This document shows positions 12,365 through 26,929 of a stretch of 64,000 nucleotides of DNA, in pieces. The stretch is taken from the NCBI RefSeq assembly GCF_004010195.1, contig NC_057718.1, positions 54,882,497 through 54,946,496 on the forward strand, read 5' to 3'. Made by a program: the position numbers and the translations under genes. This DNA comes from Chiloscyllium plagiosum. Lineage: Eukaryota. The notes under the pieces are model-generated. The model saw nothing but the letters and a program-made list of their open reading frames with translations. It ran no database searches and was not told where the DNA came from. Each line of letters begins with the position of its first letter. Position 1 is the stretch's first letter.

Positions 12365-12720
12365 CTTCACCTGATTGTAATAAGCCAGCTAAGTATTTTG
12401 GAAAGGCTGGTCACTGTTGTAATATGGGAAACAGCGACTCATTCACAACAAGCTTCCATATCAGATAACTTGTTTTGTGTGACCTTGATTGCGGAGCAAA
12501 TATGGACCTAGATATTGGGGTATCACTCTACTCATTTTCAAATAGTGCCATGAGATCTTTGATCTGCAACTGCGTTAAGAAGCGGGGAACCCTAGATTGT
12601 ATACCTCATGTGAACATTGTGCATCCAACAGTGCAGCTTTAATTTTTCTGTTCAGTACTTGCCGTGAAACTTGAACCCCAAACCTCTTGAGTTGGAGGCA
12701 AGAATGTCACCAGCTGGGAC
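12365..12720 (-). mobile_element. DeuSINE-like SINE, degraded
   Basis: Reverse-strand Deu-domain-like aaagatctcatggcactatttgaaaa; homologous to 38695-39140. Confidence 0.6.
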
Positions 12721-13054
12721 ATGACAGAATTATCAGATTTCATTAGCTGTCAAACGTCCCATTTGAAATGTTTCTTAAAGTCGCTTTGTTACTTGAGTTT
12801 TGCGCAACAATCTGTTACAAAGATAGGTCAAAACATTTGTGAATAATTTCATAATTCAGCATTTTTATTGAGCGGAATTGCATGGTTATTGTAGCTTATT
12901 TCTGAACAAAATATCAACCTTTATGAAGTTTACCTTTGTACTCTTAAAATAATTAGCACTGGTAGAGTTCTGTTAACAGTGTGAAATGTAGAAATAATTA
13001 AAACTCTGAGCCTGAGAGTACAAAGTTTTCAAGATATATATCAGAGTATATCTG

Positions 13055-13250
13055 ATAATAAAACAAAATACTGGGGATGCTCGAAATCTGAAACAAAAAC
13101 AAAAATTATTGGAGAAACTCAGCAGGTCTGGCAGCATTGTAGTGAGAAAACTAAGTAAATGTTTCAAGTTTAGTGACCCTTGAACAGAAGAAGAATCACT
13201 GGGCTCGAAACATGAATTCTGTATCTCAAGCAATTTCTTTTCTTGTATTT
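13055..13250. mobile_element. PLE family C terminal repeat, partly self-inverted
   Basis: aaaacaaaatactggggatgctcgaaatctgaaac..cagcaggtctggcagca..gaagaagaatcactgggctcgaaacatg. Confidence 0.65.
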
Positions 13251-16200
13251 CATCTGAAAAACAAGCAACAATTTAACTTAACAGTTCAGTTAACTTGGTA
13301 ATACAGTGACAACTAGGTCAGTCTGGAATTTAAAAATCTCAACCTCTCGTACTATTATTCCCTTTCAGGGGAAGGAAACTGTTTTCAGTTTTTTACACTT
13401 AATGTTTATCATTGCTTAGTCATCCATTTTATCATCACTCTCATTGTGAATGAGTGCTTTGAAAAGAGCTTTACTTCAGATCAAGTAGAAAACTGTAGTG
13501 CCAGAGTCCTGGTTGTACTTTTCAAGCAGGTACCCTGGCAGCTTTGGTTAGGTATCCAGAATACTTACAATTTAAAATTGCAATTGGCAAGATTAGAGTG
13601 GGAAATCAGAGGATCCCTCGGCCCATCCAATTTTTGCCATGAGTTTAAGATTCCTCTCGATGCATCTGGAAAATCTACTGTTATGGATTTCTTAATAGAT
13701 GCAATTAAGCTGTAGCAATTTTTGTTAAATAATACATTCTTGATAAGACTGTTTACCTATCCACAACACTCAGTTTTGACAGTGAAAAATTAATTGTGAT
13801 CTGAACCCCAAAGAGACAGGGCCAAGTAAAAATAGCCAAAGCACAGTTAAAGAGAATATTCTTTGGGAGGAATCTGGTAAGACAAAGATTGTACGGCCAA
13901 GCTTTTCAGATTAAGAGAAAATTTGTCTGAAGGGATCACCAAATGTGGGGGAGAAGGAACAGACAATTATAGGCCAATTTCAAAGAAAGTATAGAGTGTG
14001 CATAGGGCATAACTTGAGAAGATTTAGAAATATGTAGAGCTTAGGCTATTGTGAGAATTGAAGGTAGCATCTTTTGGAATACTATGGATCACTGGATTTT
14101 GATAATTATAAGCATAATGGGGATGAAACTTTAAGTATGGTAATGAGTGCATTCTGTTTGATGTAGAATTTGGGAGGCTCTCAAGGAGAACCGTGCACTA
14201 TTCAACTTTGACCGAATAAAGGCATTGGGCAGAATCATGCCAATGGGATGGACCATTTGATACCTGAGGGGCACTTCCTCTTCAGTTTACTAGCAGTAGC
14301 AATGGTGTGGTGGCAGCAGCCCATCTGCAGGAGCCTTTGGCCCAATCAGAGGGCTGGTAGCTTTGGAGGCTCAGTAGCATCACTCAGAGTGTTAGACACT
14401 GCTGAGGCCCTGCAGGCAGAAAGTAGGCTGAAGAAATTCTTTTTAAGTTGTAATCATGAAGGGGAAATCCTTCGAAGGGAATTGCAAGGACTACCTCTCC
14501 TGCCACTTCTGTTTGTCTGGCAGCCTTTCCGTGGGAAGGAGATCAATCCAGCATCACAAAAATACTGACTGCCTGATCAAGGTGATACTTTAAAATATCT
14601 TTGTGCATTCAAGTTAGCCATTTGTCACCTTGGGTTGAGCAACCTGATCAATCCCACTCCTGTCATCAGTAAGATTCTCTGGCTTGGACCCAACCAAGGA
14701 ACTAATCTACCTTCTGGGGGACCAGTAAAATTCCCATGTTTCAGCAGCATGAAAAAAGCAGTCCAGATGGAGATGAAAGAAAACAATTTTGTCGATAGTT
14801 GTGGCAAATTGTTGTTTGCAGAAACTAAAAGGGTGATTTTTCTGATGGAGCATTTTTAGTAATATAACATATAATTTACATATACTATTATTTACCTCTA
14901 TTAATTTGAAAAAGAGTGAACCAGTGAAAATACTGAGAAGTATTTGTGTTGCTATTTTTAGTCAGAAACTCATGTGGCTGCTACAGGTTTAAATTTGTCT
15001 TTGATTTTAAAGATGAAAGCCTGTTTCTTTAATTGGTAATTTGATTCACTGTTGCAAGATTAAAAATTCTGATGCTATGCTGTGAGTAAAAGATCAGCAC
15101 ATTGCCCATTTGTCAAACTTCCTCTCATGCAGAGCTGACCTTTCGCAAAATCTCCTCAATGAAGAGCATTTCATAAAGCCCACACTCAAATTGTACTTAG
15201 CAATTTTCAACTTGTCCTGTTTTCTATAAAAGTTAGCTCCAGGGGACAGGACTGGGATTTAATATTGGATAAAAAATTTAGTGTGTTTTAACATTTTTGA
15301 ATCTACTTTTTAAAAGACTCAGCTTGATTTTGCCAAGAAAGATTTTCCAGTTGGTTTGATATGTCGAGCAGTTATTGTCAAAGTTCCTTCACTTTTGGTG
15401 TTATGTTGGTTCAGTAATCTCACACATCAACTTTGAAAAGAAGGTTACAAAAAGTAGGGCAGTGAACTGTACCAGAATAGTTTTGAATAGGAAGCAAAGG
15501 TGATGGACTTGAAAATTCTGCAGTGAATGGGCAACAACGTGTGCCCTGATTAAAAAGTAACATAAAGTGCAGGGTTTAGATATACGAAGAATGCAAATTG
15601 CTGTTAATGTTTTCTCATAGTCTTAATGAATGCACTTGATTTATTTTTACCAACATCAATGAAGTATGAAGCACAGACCACAGGTTTTAACTCAACGAAG
15701 AGATTTTAACAGCCAGGCCTCATTAACTGTCTGCCAGGCAGCTGCCAGTTGGAAATTGACGGAAAGAGGCAGTTGGCTGGCTGCCAAAAAGGTAAAGATC
15801 AGAGAACACAAAGACTGTCTGCTGGCAATTCTTTTTTTGAGCAGGGGCAAATTTGACAGAGTTTCCAAGTTTAGAACTCAGTTGAGATGGGTGTGGTGGA
15901 ACATCTACATTTCTTGTGCCTTCACAAATGACTGTTCTTTCACTCTGGGACCTCTGCTGCAAATTTCACTGGATAGAGCAACCACAACAATCCCATGTCC
16001 CACAAGTTAGTTAATTGCTGCAGAATCTATCCGAACAACAGATCTCATGTAAGTTAATGAGGCATCAGCCTTAATCAAGTGAGTGTTTAAACTGCCCAGT
16101 ATTAAAATCAATGCATGGCAGTATTTGGACAGAAGGAAGAGTTTGTTCATTTTAGTTTTCATTTCATGAACATTTCCCGACCCCACCCCCCAAAGGGATT

Positions 16201-17889
16201 TTGAGGTTTCGATTTATCAGGTGAATTTGAAGTACAGGATTCTTAAAGTAGTTTTACATGAATTAATCATTCAAGGTCCAAAGTAATTTGAAATATTTAA
16301 ATCTCATTTAATACTAGCTGATATTTTTGTAAGTTATGAATTATTGATTTTGTGAAAAGCAATTTGTTCTTGATTGTTAGTGACACAGGCAAGACAGCAT
16401 TTATTGACCATTGCTAGTTGACTCGGTATTAAAAAACACAAGGTAGATTAACTGAGTTGGTTTCATTTGGTGTTAGCCCAAACAACATTTTCTGAGTTCA
16501 TTTTTACAACTTGTTAAGGAAGGATATGAACGCATGACCTAGAATAGTTAAAAATTACCTTTTCAAACCCTGTGGCTAATAGTAAGTTGGATGAAAGACT
16601 TTTTTTCTAAGACCAGGACTTTGTATAATTAATTAAATTTTCATATATCAGTTTAAAAACAAAAGTGACTGTGTTGCTGGATAAATACAGAAACAGAATA
16701 AACATTTTGAAAACTAGGCAGTTATTGTTTATTATAAAGAAGAGGATCTGTACTTTGGCTCTGTAATTTAAAACCATTTCCTGTTCCTTTTAAAAGTATA
16801 AATTATTTAAAGTGCAATTTTTGCCCATTATTATGCTTTAGAGAAACCTAGACTGTCAGGTAAACCAGGAGAACATTATATCACAAATCTGAAAATAGTA
16901 TAATAGTGTTAATAATAGTGTTTTCCAATGGTGGACACATCAGCTATGGGATTCATGACCTCATGTTCAGATTTAGAGGGAGTTGAGCATCTTATAAATA
17001 AAAATCCAGGATGACCTTATTGTACAAGATTGAATGAAAACTACATTAGAAATTCCAACAAAATGCAGAATACTGTTCAACTTTTCAGTAATGTCATAAA
17101 CATCCAGTTAAAGGTTTTGTAACAAACTATACTCGCTTTTTAAAATTGGTTGTCAGGGAGCTTTTAAACATGGCTCCTCCAAGTTGCATGACTTCTCTTA
17201 TGGATCTACTTGCTGCTGAAGCATTGAGCTGGCTCACAATCACAAAGTATTTAAATAATTCAAAGATTCCAGGACATGAACTCTCAGAAAGATGTGAAGA
17301 ATGAGACTTTTGGTTGTGTTGAACAGGAGACAGATGATGGAAATCACAAGGAATTCTAGCATAATTGAGCTTTGTGGAACATTGATTTCTCAGTGTTAAC
17401 ATCTTGCATCCATTTAGATTAATTTTGGTAAAAATGGTTGAGAGCTGCCATTTAGAGGCAAATCATCTGATCACCACGAGAAAGTCACCTTAAAACAAAA
17501 TCTGTTTGCAACAGTAAGATAGGGGAAGGATGTGGGATGAAAAGAAGACAATTAGAAGTCTGCTATGTTGTACCAGGCTACTAAGAGCCACAACACCTAG
17601 AAAGGTAGAAGTGAAACAAAGGAGCCTAAAACTAACTGTGCTTACTGAATCGTCTTATCAGAGCAACTCCAACTATTTACCAATAGAACCCATTGCAGAT
17701 GCTGAATCTGACTTCGCATTTCAAACCCTTTTCTTCAGAAAGAAAATCTTGAAACCGGCCAGGCCTACAACAATATGTTAAAGACGGATTTCATTTTCAT
17801 CTTCATATGTCACTTTTAGTCTCACTTTAAATCTTTGTATACTTACTTTATCTAATATCCTACATAATTTACTTAAATACTTTTCGGTA

Positions 17890-18325
17890 GAGCTATAGGG
17901 AGAGGCTGAATAGGCTGGGGCTGTTTTCTCTGGTGTGTCAGAGGCTGAGGGGTGACCTTATGGAGATTTATAAAATCATGAGGAGCATGGATAGGGTAAA
18001 TAGGCAAGGTCTTTTCCCTGGGTTGGGGAAGTCCAAAACTAGAGAGCATAGTTTTAAGGTGAATGGGGAAAGATATAAAAGGTACCTCAGAGGCAACTTT
18101 GTCATGAAGAGTGAATGATATGGAATGAGCTGCCAGAGGAAGTAGTGGAGGCTGGTACAACTACAGTATTTAAAAAGCACCTGGATGGCTATATAAAGGG
18201 GAAAGCTTTAGATGGATATGGGCCAAATGCTGGCAAGTGGAACTAGATTTATGTGGGATATTTGGTCGGCATGGACAAGCTGGACAGAAGAATCTATTTC
18301 CGTGCTGTATATTTCCATGACTCCA
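17890..18325 (+). mobile_element. HER1/CR1 LINE 3' end
   Basis: RLRGDLMEIYKIMRSMDRV..GLFP..KTREHSFKV followed by the HER1-type tail. Confidence 0.9.
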
Positions 18326-19959
18326 GTGGTTATGTAATAAAATAACCTTTAAACTTGTTTGAAACATAACTCTGTGCTTCTGATAATTTTTAAATTGAAA
18401 CATTAAAAAATTATTATAAGCATATACCATTGCTTAGTTCAAAGACCACTCTAAGGAAATGCCTGGTACATGGTTGTGACAGTAATAAGCAAGAAACACA
18501 CCCAAAATCAAGTAGAAGAAAAATCTGCAATGTCTGGAAATTAAATAAATTAAGACGTTATGTACTTGGGCAGATATATTCAGTCAGCAGCTGTGCATGT
18601 TTGATAATCCATAGTTCAAAGAAGGATTTAGGCAAGAAAGCCTGAGAAAAACAACTCCAATATAAAATTGAACCAAAATTGTCACCAATGAAAAACCATA
18701 CAAGGAAAAACAGCTAGAAGGTATTTAGAACAGAGGAAACATATATCCTCAGGTAATTAGGCTTGAATATGCTCTTTTTAAATCAATATTTTATTGTGTT
18801 TGGATTATAAATTCGATATTTCAGAATATATGATTATTTCAAGAAACAAAGCAATTGATCATCTGAAGATTTTACCAGAATGACAAAAAACATTTAAAAC
18901 ACTGCATTCGTATTAATAACTTTAAGAAGAAATGGAATGGGCAGAGAAAGAAGTTGGCTCAAAAAGAAATAAGAATGGTAAGAGGCCAAAGGTGGAGGGC
19001 ATTAAGGCAGAAATTAAAGAATTGTGTCAGTGAGAATAAGGAAGTTAAAAAGGATCGAGAGAAAACAAGGGTAGATGCAAGTGAAATGGAAACGACAAGA
19101 GAGGTGGAGTGAAGAGATGGATGAAGAAGTAACATGAACTGGAATTGTGATGGAAGTTGCTGCTTGTTCTCTACCAAATGTTATCGTCATGGCAAGTTTG
19201 TTAAATAGAATAGGTAGTAGAGGTGGTCCCTGACACAGCCTACTACATTTTATGACAAATTAATAAGTTAACGGTGGAAATATATGAAGATAAACTCCTA
19301 GTCAACCTTAGAGGCCTTTGACTCCTGTCAACAGTAATGGCTTAATGAAATCTCTCTTTCATGCAAACTTGGGTTGTGTCTGAAACAGCTTGTAGATATT
19401 AAAAAGCTACAAAACTCAAAGTGGATGATGCAGAGACCTTGCTCAGGCAAGAATTGATAAAATGGTGCCAGAATTAAGGAATAAGAAGGATCGATTAATG
19501 TTTACATTGAGGGAAGCAGATCTGCTGCCAAAAAATATGGAATTTACTAATAAGTTTATCTATTTGGAAATTTGTTCTAACAGCAATAATATTTTTCTAA
19601 TTTATATTTTGAAGTAGAAGGAAAAAGTATCACAGATGTTTTCTGGGTTTTTTTATCTTAGCTTTTGGGTGCCTCAGAATCCCCAAAGGCGGAAATTGGC
19701 AGTCATGTCAATCCTTACAATTGTGCCCAACACCATAAGAGCAAGTCCAGATGGTAATTCATAAATGCTCAACTTCCAAGGAAAAATAGATTGGAGGTGA
19801 CTGTTTGGATTTAATAAATCAAAACCTGATGCTCAAAATTGCATTACCAGCTATGGACAATGAATAGAAGGGAAAGAAGAAAATGAAAGGCAATTACTGA
19901 AGGAACATAGGTGTTAATCTGGTTGTTGAGGTCACTGTAACCAACATATTTATTAAGTC

Positions 19960-20060
19960 TGGAAAAAGCAGATTATTGCAGTTCCTGATAATTTGAAATA
20001 TGAAGATGTTGGAAATGCTGAGCAGGTCCGGCAGCATTTGAGAGAAAAACAGAGTTAACG
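19960..20060 (-). mobile_element. PLE family C terminal fragment
   Basis: gctgagcaggtccggcagcatttgagagaaaaacagagttaacg. Confidence 0.6.
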
Positions 20061-20061
20061 G

Positions 20062-20380
20062 ATAGAATCATAGAATTCCCTACAGTGCAGATAGAGACCA
20101 TTCGGCCCATTGTGTTTGCACTGACCATCCAAAGAACATTCTACCCAGACACACCACCCCACTCTATCCTCATAACCCCACATTTTTCATAGCTAATCCA
20201 CCTACTCTGCGCACCCATGGATACTACAAGGCAATTTAGCAAGGCCACTCCGCCTAACCTGCATGTCTTTGGACTGTGGGAGGAAACCAGAGCACCTAGA
20301 GGAAACCCACATGGACATTGGGGAGAACAGTCACCCAAGGCTGGAATCATACCAGGATCGATGGTGCTGTGAGTCACCTG
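20062..20380 (-). mobile_element. V-SINE, partial
   Basis: V-domain and CR1-type tail on the reverse strand. Confidence 0.85.
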
Positions 20381-21649
20381 TACTAGAAATTAGTGGAGTT
20401 CATCTGGAGCAGACAGGAAAGCAGATGCAATAGAAGAATCACATAAGACGTCATGCGCCCAACCTCCAGAAAGGAAAACTGTCCCTCACTTAGTAATTGG
20501 CAGAAAGGGCTGATGTGGGAAATCTATCTGCTAACAACAGAAAGGCAATTAGACTCATTATGGAGCCACTTAAACTAATTATCTTTGAGCCCACCGGGAT
20601 TTCATGGTGGCTTTAGGATTATCAGAGGTACGCATGGGTCTTTCATCCCTACAGAAAGCTTCTCAACAAACTTTGTTGGGTTTACCAATGGTCTACACAG
20701 AGAATCCTTCATTCACAAGCACTTGATGCCTACCTAAGCAGTCGAGCATCATCAAGTGGGGGAACGGATCTTCTGAGGTCCATCCCTCTCCCCTTGCATC
20801 TGACACCTTTCTCATCACCAAACCATCCCCTTGTGATTCTTTCCCACCCATTTATCTTTCCTTTCATCCAGCAGTGATCCCTGGTGAAGGCCCCAGTATG
20901 TTTACAGCCATGGCCCTGTTTCTGGTAATGGAAAGCTGTCGGCTCCTCATTGGCTTCCAGATTTTGGGGTGAGTTTCTGCCTTGTTGAGAACTTAATCTG
21001 GCATGAGGTCACACCATAGACAGGTAAGTAACTGCTTACCTTGTAATTGTGTCAGGCCTCCCAGACGAAAGCAATGTAGGATTTTCACAGGAATCTTCAT
21101 CTGATTACCAGGAGCTCCTTCCCCAAGAACACCGAAGTCTGGCAAATGTTTTGGATCTGTGCTCTTGCAACAGAACACTAGCGAAGTCATCTATTGAAAC
21201 ATTTCTCTCTTAACAGATACTGCCAAACCTGCTGATTCCTAACCATCATTCTCTGATTACATATAATTTGAAGGTTTTGACCATATGTGTTCGGGAAAAG
21301 GAATGTTATAGATGTTCAGTATGGTACATGGGAATACATCAAATCTAGTTACACCTGGGCTTGAAACCTTGGCTACCTTGGACAGAAGGTAAAATCTCTC
21401 AGCAGCTATTTCAGCAACACATTCAGTCTTAAAGTGAGAAGACAACTCATTTGCAGCCGCAAGCTATCCAGTATATTTGGTCTGTAAAGAAACTTACTAC
21501 TCAAAAATAAAAGCTATTTATTGCAGTCTGTCCCACTTTTATCAGTCTCTGCATACATAATCCTAAAAGATTTCAGGTCTTATAATGTTTTGTGGTGCAT
21601 TGTTGTTGGCTGTTAGTCTGGTATCTGCTCAATCTTGAGGTGCTGTTCC

Positions 21650-23540
21650 CTGTCCAGGGAATGTCACTCTAGTGGTAAGTATTACGTGGTAACTGTTGTT
21701 ACTGTTCCATTGCCCTTGATGAGAAATGGTTAACCACTGGGACTGATGGACTGCCTGTATTCTATGCAGTTGGTGGCAGCACGTCCTCTTCATCAGCCAT
21801 CTGTCATAAAGGAGCATCTTCTCCAGTTGTATGTATACAGCAGCAATTTTAATGATATAGCTGCTTGTTTACGTTCACTATGACCAATCAAAATGACAAC
21901 TTCTATCTTCAAAGATCCAAGTTGCTAAGTGGACGGATTTTTGTGGAGATAAATGAATGTTTGCACCTGACTGGCTCACCAGTGCTCAACTGTAACAACA
22001 ATTTGGCACTTTTGTCAACGTGAAGTGTCTTTTGTCATTTTATTTTGATTTTATCACTCACTTTTGTTGTAGGTCTTACTGCAGATTTTTTTATTGGCCA
22101 TTTGAAGATTAGTAGCAGCATATTAGTAGCTGGGCCGGACTATTTTCAGAAGGTGTGTTATTCCACTGACTGCCTTGTAAACATCTGGACTGGATTTGCT
22201 CAATATTTTAATGATTTCTTTGACAATTTTCACAGTGGCTTCAATCTTTCCATCTGAATGGAGATTGTGTGGAAATGGTGTGTGCTACTGAATTTCCATT
22301 TCTTTTACAAAGCTGCTGAATTCTTCATTTGTGAATTAAAGCTATTGTGACTCATTGCTAAATTGGAATGCCATAATGGCTATAGTATGCTTGCAGGTAT
22401 TCTACAAGGCTACTTCTAGTTGTTGGCATCAGCTGATATAACTCCTAGTAGTCAGGATTCTAACTGATGATGACAAAATAATCAGTTCTTGTGAGAATAA
22501 AGAGGTCTACTTCAAATTTTATCTGTGCACTATCTGGGATGTCATGAGTGACTCTTTAGCATGTTTAACTTGGTATTCGTTACAGGCATTGCACTGGCTG
22601 ACACCGGCTCTTAATCGCATTACACATGTTTGGCTAGTGGAGCATTCCTCTTGTCTTCCTCAAACTAGATTCAGCACCTTGCTGGCTTCCATGGATGTGC
22701 TTCAGTATGTCCTCTCACATCTCCATTGGGATAATGACTCTGTTTCCTTTATGAAGGATGCAATCTTGAGGAATCCTTTTTATCTCTGCGTGCCTAAAAC
22801 TGTCTTATAGCAACAGGTCTGTTCTTGATGGTTTCAGGCAATCCTTTTATCACTACTTCCTTCAGCACTTGGAAAATTGTGTCTTGTTTGCTTGATCTGA
22901 ATAAGATGTTTGTCTTTCAGATTTAGGGTCTGAAAGGTTAATGACTTCCAGTTCATGTCATGCTATTGCTCCTCATTGAATCTGGAAGATTTCACACAAT
23001 GTTAGCATCCTCAACTTCTTTCAAAGGGAATGCTGCTGTCAACAACATATGGACATTGTGCATCTGCATTCCTTGCTTGTATGCCACTTTTAAATTATAT
23101 CTCTGCAAATGAGGTAACATTCTTTGCAACAGATGAAAATGGTTTGAGAAATCTGTTTTAAGGTGACTTGTGGTCAGACTGTACTGTCACATAGTTTCTT
23201 CCAGACAGGTCCTGAGTAAAATGCTCATAATTAAACACAGTAGGCAGACACTGTTTCTGAATCTGTGCCGAGTATTGTTCAGTTTGCTTTAATGCTTTGT
23301 ATGCAAAGCCAAACCTTGTGTCACAGGATGATTTCATCATTGAATTACTAATTCAGCAATGGCATCATCATCACTAGATATTTGGTTTGGATGAAAGCTG
23401 CTTCTTGTTTTATGCCCTAATAATGATCTGTGATAAATGCTTCTTTTTGTAAGCATTCATCATACTGAATGCCAGCGTTCATGAAAATGGCAAGTTTGTA
23501 ACATTCCCAAGAGTACTTCGGAGGTAACATTTAAATCTGT
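21650..23540 (-). mobile_element. Old Gypsy pol remnant (RNase H to integrase), a different family from the + strand copies
   Basis: Minus-strand motifs: RNase H YVTVQSDHKSP, zinc-binding-region ESSLRK..PN, integrase H..P..SDGKIEATVK; many stops and frameshifts. Confidence 0.75.
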
Positions 23541-24464
23541 CCTGCAATAGGGTAAAGGCTTATTGCAAACATACCCAAAATAAAGTGGAAGAAAAATTTG
23601 CAATGTCCTGAAATTGAACAAACTGAGCATTTACTTCAAAACAGTAGTCAAACATTGTGTGCGTTTGACAACCCATAGTTCCAAGAAGGATTTAGACAAG
23701 AAAGCCTGAAAAAACAACTCCATTGTAGGATGAAGTCAAAGTTGTCACAGGTGAAGAACCCTGTGAGGAAAAGCAGAGAAAGCATCCTCGGAGCAAAAGG
23801 GCCTTCACCTCTGCTTCTAGTTCTACCTCTGCATCCCTGCTAGGTTCCAAAAATCACAATCAGTATTTCTCTTCTTCCCTCTCACTGTCCTCAGACTGTC
23901 AGAGGCCTCTTCTTTCATCATCTCCAACTACCAGTCAGTTGTGCATGTAATGCTAAAATGACATTGTGACCCAAAATCTAATCACAGTCGTATAATCACT
24001 GAGATAAAAATTTCGGCACTGATGGAGAATGTAAGGGAATGATGTAATACTGCATTCTCCTCCTCAGAGGTCTCATGGAAATGGCAGCTCTCTGAAACTG
24101 TGAGGAAAAACACAGCTATCAATAGTTCTCTCACTTCCATGGGAACCCTCAGAATTGGTTGCAGTTCACAGACGTCTGTACATTGGAGGACAGGTGATCT
24201 CTGCCCCTCTACTTGTCCGATGAAGTTTTCACGTCTGCTGATGAGTTGACTCTGTTTTCTGTGACTGAATGCCAGCCTCACCATCCACAACAAATCAGTC
24301 ATTCTCATGCCCTGTCAGCTTCAAAGTCTCCTCTTACATAAGGCTGGTCTGAACCCTGTCTTTGGATTCTTACACCTTATTCCCTTGTAGGAATACAGGA
24401 GTATAATGTTAAAGCCAATACTCCAGCAAACGCAATGTATAGCCACTTTGCCAGCTTACTGCAG

Positions 24465-24985
24465 TATAAGACCATAAGACATAAGAGCAGAAATTAGGCC
24501 ATTCGGCCCATTGAGTCTGCTCCGCTACTCAATCATGGCTGACAGGTTTTTCAACCCCATTTTCCCACTTTCTCCCTGTAACCTTCGATCCCTTTGGTAA
24601 TCAAGAACCTATCTATCCCTGTTTTAAATATTCTTAATGACCTAGCCTCCACAATCTTCTGTGGCAATGAATTCCACAGATTCACCACACTCTCTCGAAA
24701 GGAGTTTCTCCTTATTTCCATTCTAAAAGGTCTTCCCTTTAGGCTGTGCCCTCGGGTCATCATCTTTCCTGCCAATGGAAACATCTTCCCAATGGCCACT
24801 CTGCCGAGGCCGTATAGTATCCTGAAAGTTTCAGTCAGCCCCACCCCCTCATCCTTCTAACCTCTATTAAGTATAGTGCCAGAGTCCTCAAATATTCCTC
24901 ATATGTTAAGCCTTTCATTCCTGGGATAATTCTCATTAACCTCCTCGGAACCTGCTCAAGGGCCAGTACATCTTTCCTGAGGTAA
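24465..24985 (-). mobile_element. CR1 LINE 3' end
   Basis: GLTETFRILYGLGRV..MFPL..TRGHSLK..VVNLWNSLP..IFKTGIDRFL plus tail. Confidence 0.92.
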
Positions 24986-26509
24986 CTTGTGGCCAATGGC
25001 ATGTTTGTGGCACTGAGCCACTTACAGGCAATTGTATTTGTCCACAGTGCTCGGCTTGCATTCCTGACAACAGCCCTTCGCTTTCAAGGAGCTGGTGTAA
25101 ACTTCATTCATTTCCACCAACAATTATGCTCACCTCCATTCCTAACTTCCTGTTTGCTCATTTGCTGCCCCTGAAAGAAAATTGAGGTTTATCACTAACC
25201 ATTATAAAGCAGACAAGGTCAATGACCCCCTTGCAAATAGCTTGGTGCTCCAGAAGATGCCCACACCCTCCCTGAGTATTCATGAATTCCTCAATGGCTG
25301 CCATCCAAGTGCTTGCTAAGGCACGAGGTCTTCTCCCTCAGTCTTTCGGGGAGAGGACTCCCTTCCTGGCCTGAATAGTCTGAAGTAGAACATGCAAGAA
25401 GTTGACATTGAAGTATATGTAGGCCTCCTGGGACCTTGCTTCACCTTGTCCATGAGTGCATTTCTACTATGGCTTCGTCTTGACGATTTTGTGTGGTTAG
25501 TAGCTCCTGGATGATTGGAGGTGGAAAGAGACGTGGTCGGAGTTGTTGGCTGTTGCAGAATGAGTTTTGCTGGCTGTTCAGAGAGTTGGGGAAAGGTTCA
25601 CAGGTTGCTGGTTGTTTTTGGGATCAGGAGGGCAGTGTAACTTACTATAGTGTTGTGGGGAAGGCTCACATATTGTTGGTGGTTTGACAGGTTACTGGCT
25701 GCCAGCTAATGTCAGGTCTTTGTTTAAATCAGGGCCCAGTGCTCATGGCTCACGTTGCCAGCACTGCCTTCTACATCAGGAGACAATGTGGCTGCCCACC
25801 TCCAGAAGCTGAGTTATTGACAGTTCCAGTAACTGGTTGTTAATATGCCAGCTAATGTGGGACTACACCATGACAGGTCAGAGTAAGAGGGCCTTGGCCC
25901 CAGCTTGTAGTTCTGCCTCTGCATTCCTGCTAGATTCCAAAAATCTCAATCAATATTTCTTCTCTTCTTCACTCATTTTGTTTCTTTTTCTTCAGTCTGT
26001 TGTGGTTGTCTTATATACATTAGTTTTAATGGTTTATGTAAGAAGGATTAATCTGTCCTTTCAAAATGCTGACTGCTGCATATTTCTAACATTTTATTTC
26101 CTTTTGTTTCACAATGGCTCTATCTTGAATCAGTTTGAAGTGATTCTGAACTCCCAAAGGTTTGTTTCCGTGCTTTTCCTTTCTTAGACAGCTAACTATT
26201 AAGCACAGAACTGTCTCTCGGTAAAAGTTTTCCCTGGAGGGAAGTTAGATGCAAGTTAGATGAATTTTCTGACTCCATTTCAAATTGACTTTGGTCATTT
26301 CAATCTGAGTGCAGGCTATTACCTACATTCATGTACAATGAACTATTGAGACTGGCTTTTCTCACTCTCTCCAATACTGGCATTTTAATTTGTCTTTCAA
26401 TTTCAGAAATATTTTTTCCAGAGCCTGTGGCCCAATCCAACAGACAGATCCTTGTGGACCTTACCCTTATCAACAATCATCACAGTGTGAATTTTAAAAA
26501 CATGTTCAC

Positions 26510-26835
26510 TCACAGAATCATAGAATTCCTACAGTGGTGAAACAGGCACATTGGCCCAGCAAGTCCACACCGACCCTCTGAAGAGTAACCCACCCAGTCC
26601 CATTCCCGACCTTACTACTCTACATTTCACCTGACTACACATCCCGGAACACAATGGCCAATTTACCTAACCTGCTCATCTTTGGACGGTGGGAGGAAAC
26701 CGGAGCACCTGGAGGAAATCCACACAGACACGGGGAGAATGTACAAACTCCACTCAGACTGAGGCTGGAATCGAACACGGATGCCTGGCGCTGTGAGGCA
26801 ACTGTTCTAACCAATGAGCCACCATACCGTTCCTC
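26510..26835 (-). mobile_element. HE1/V-SINE
   Basis: tRNA head, V-domain and tail. Confidence 0.92.
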
Positions 26836-26929
26836 TTAGGCCTCTTGCATTGAGTTCAGAGAGAGTTTACTGGACTAATACCAGCAAAGGCCTGTATCCT
26901 CTGGAGTTTAAAATGGGATATTAATATCT

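Noticed and set aside
14225..14735. Possible old MITE-like elements here and at about 15685-15970, 20385-21090, 35360-35625 and 57700-58095
   Set aside because: Compositionally distinct, but I could not establish convincing terminal inverted repeats or TSDs.
17646..17764. Minus-strand exon with AG and GTAAG boundaries
   Set aside because: Weak pyrimidine tract, stops in all three frames and no recognisable peptide.
19280..19400. Possible RT motif (gaggcctttgactc, AFDS-like)
   Set aside because: Too short and degraded to support a call.
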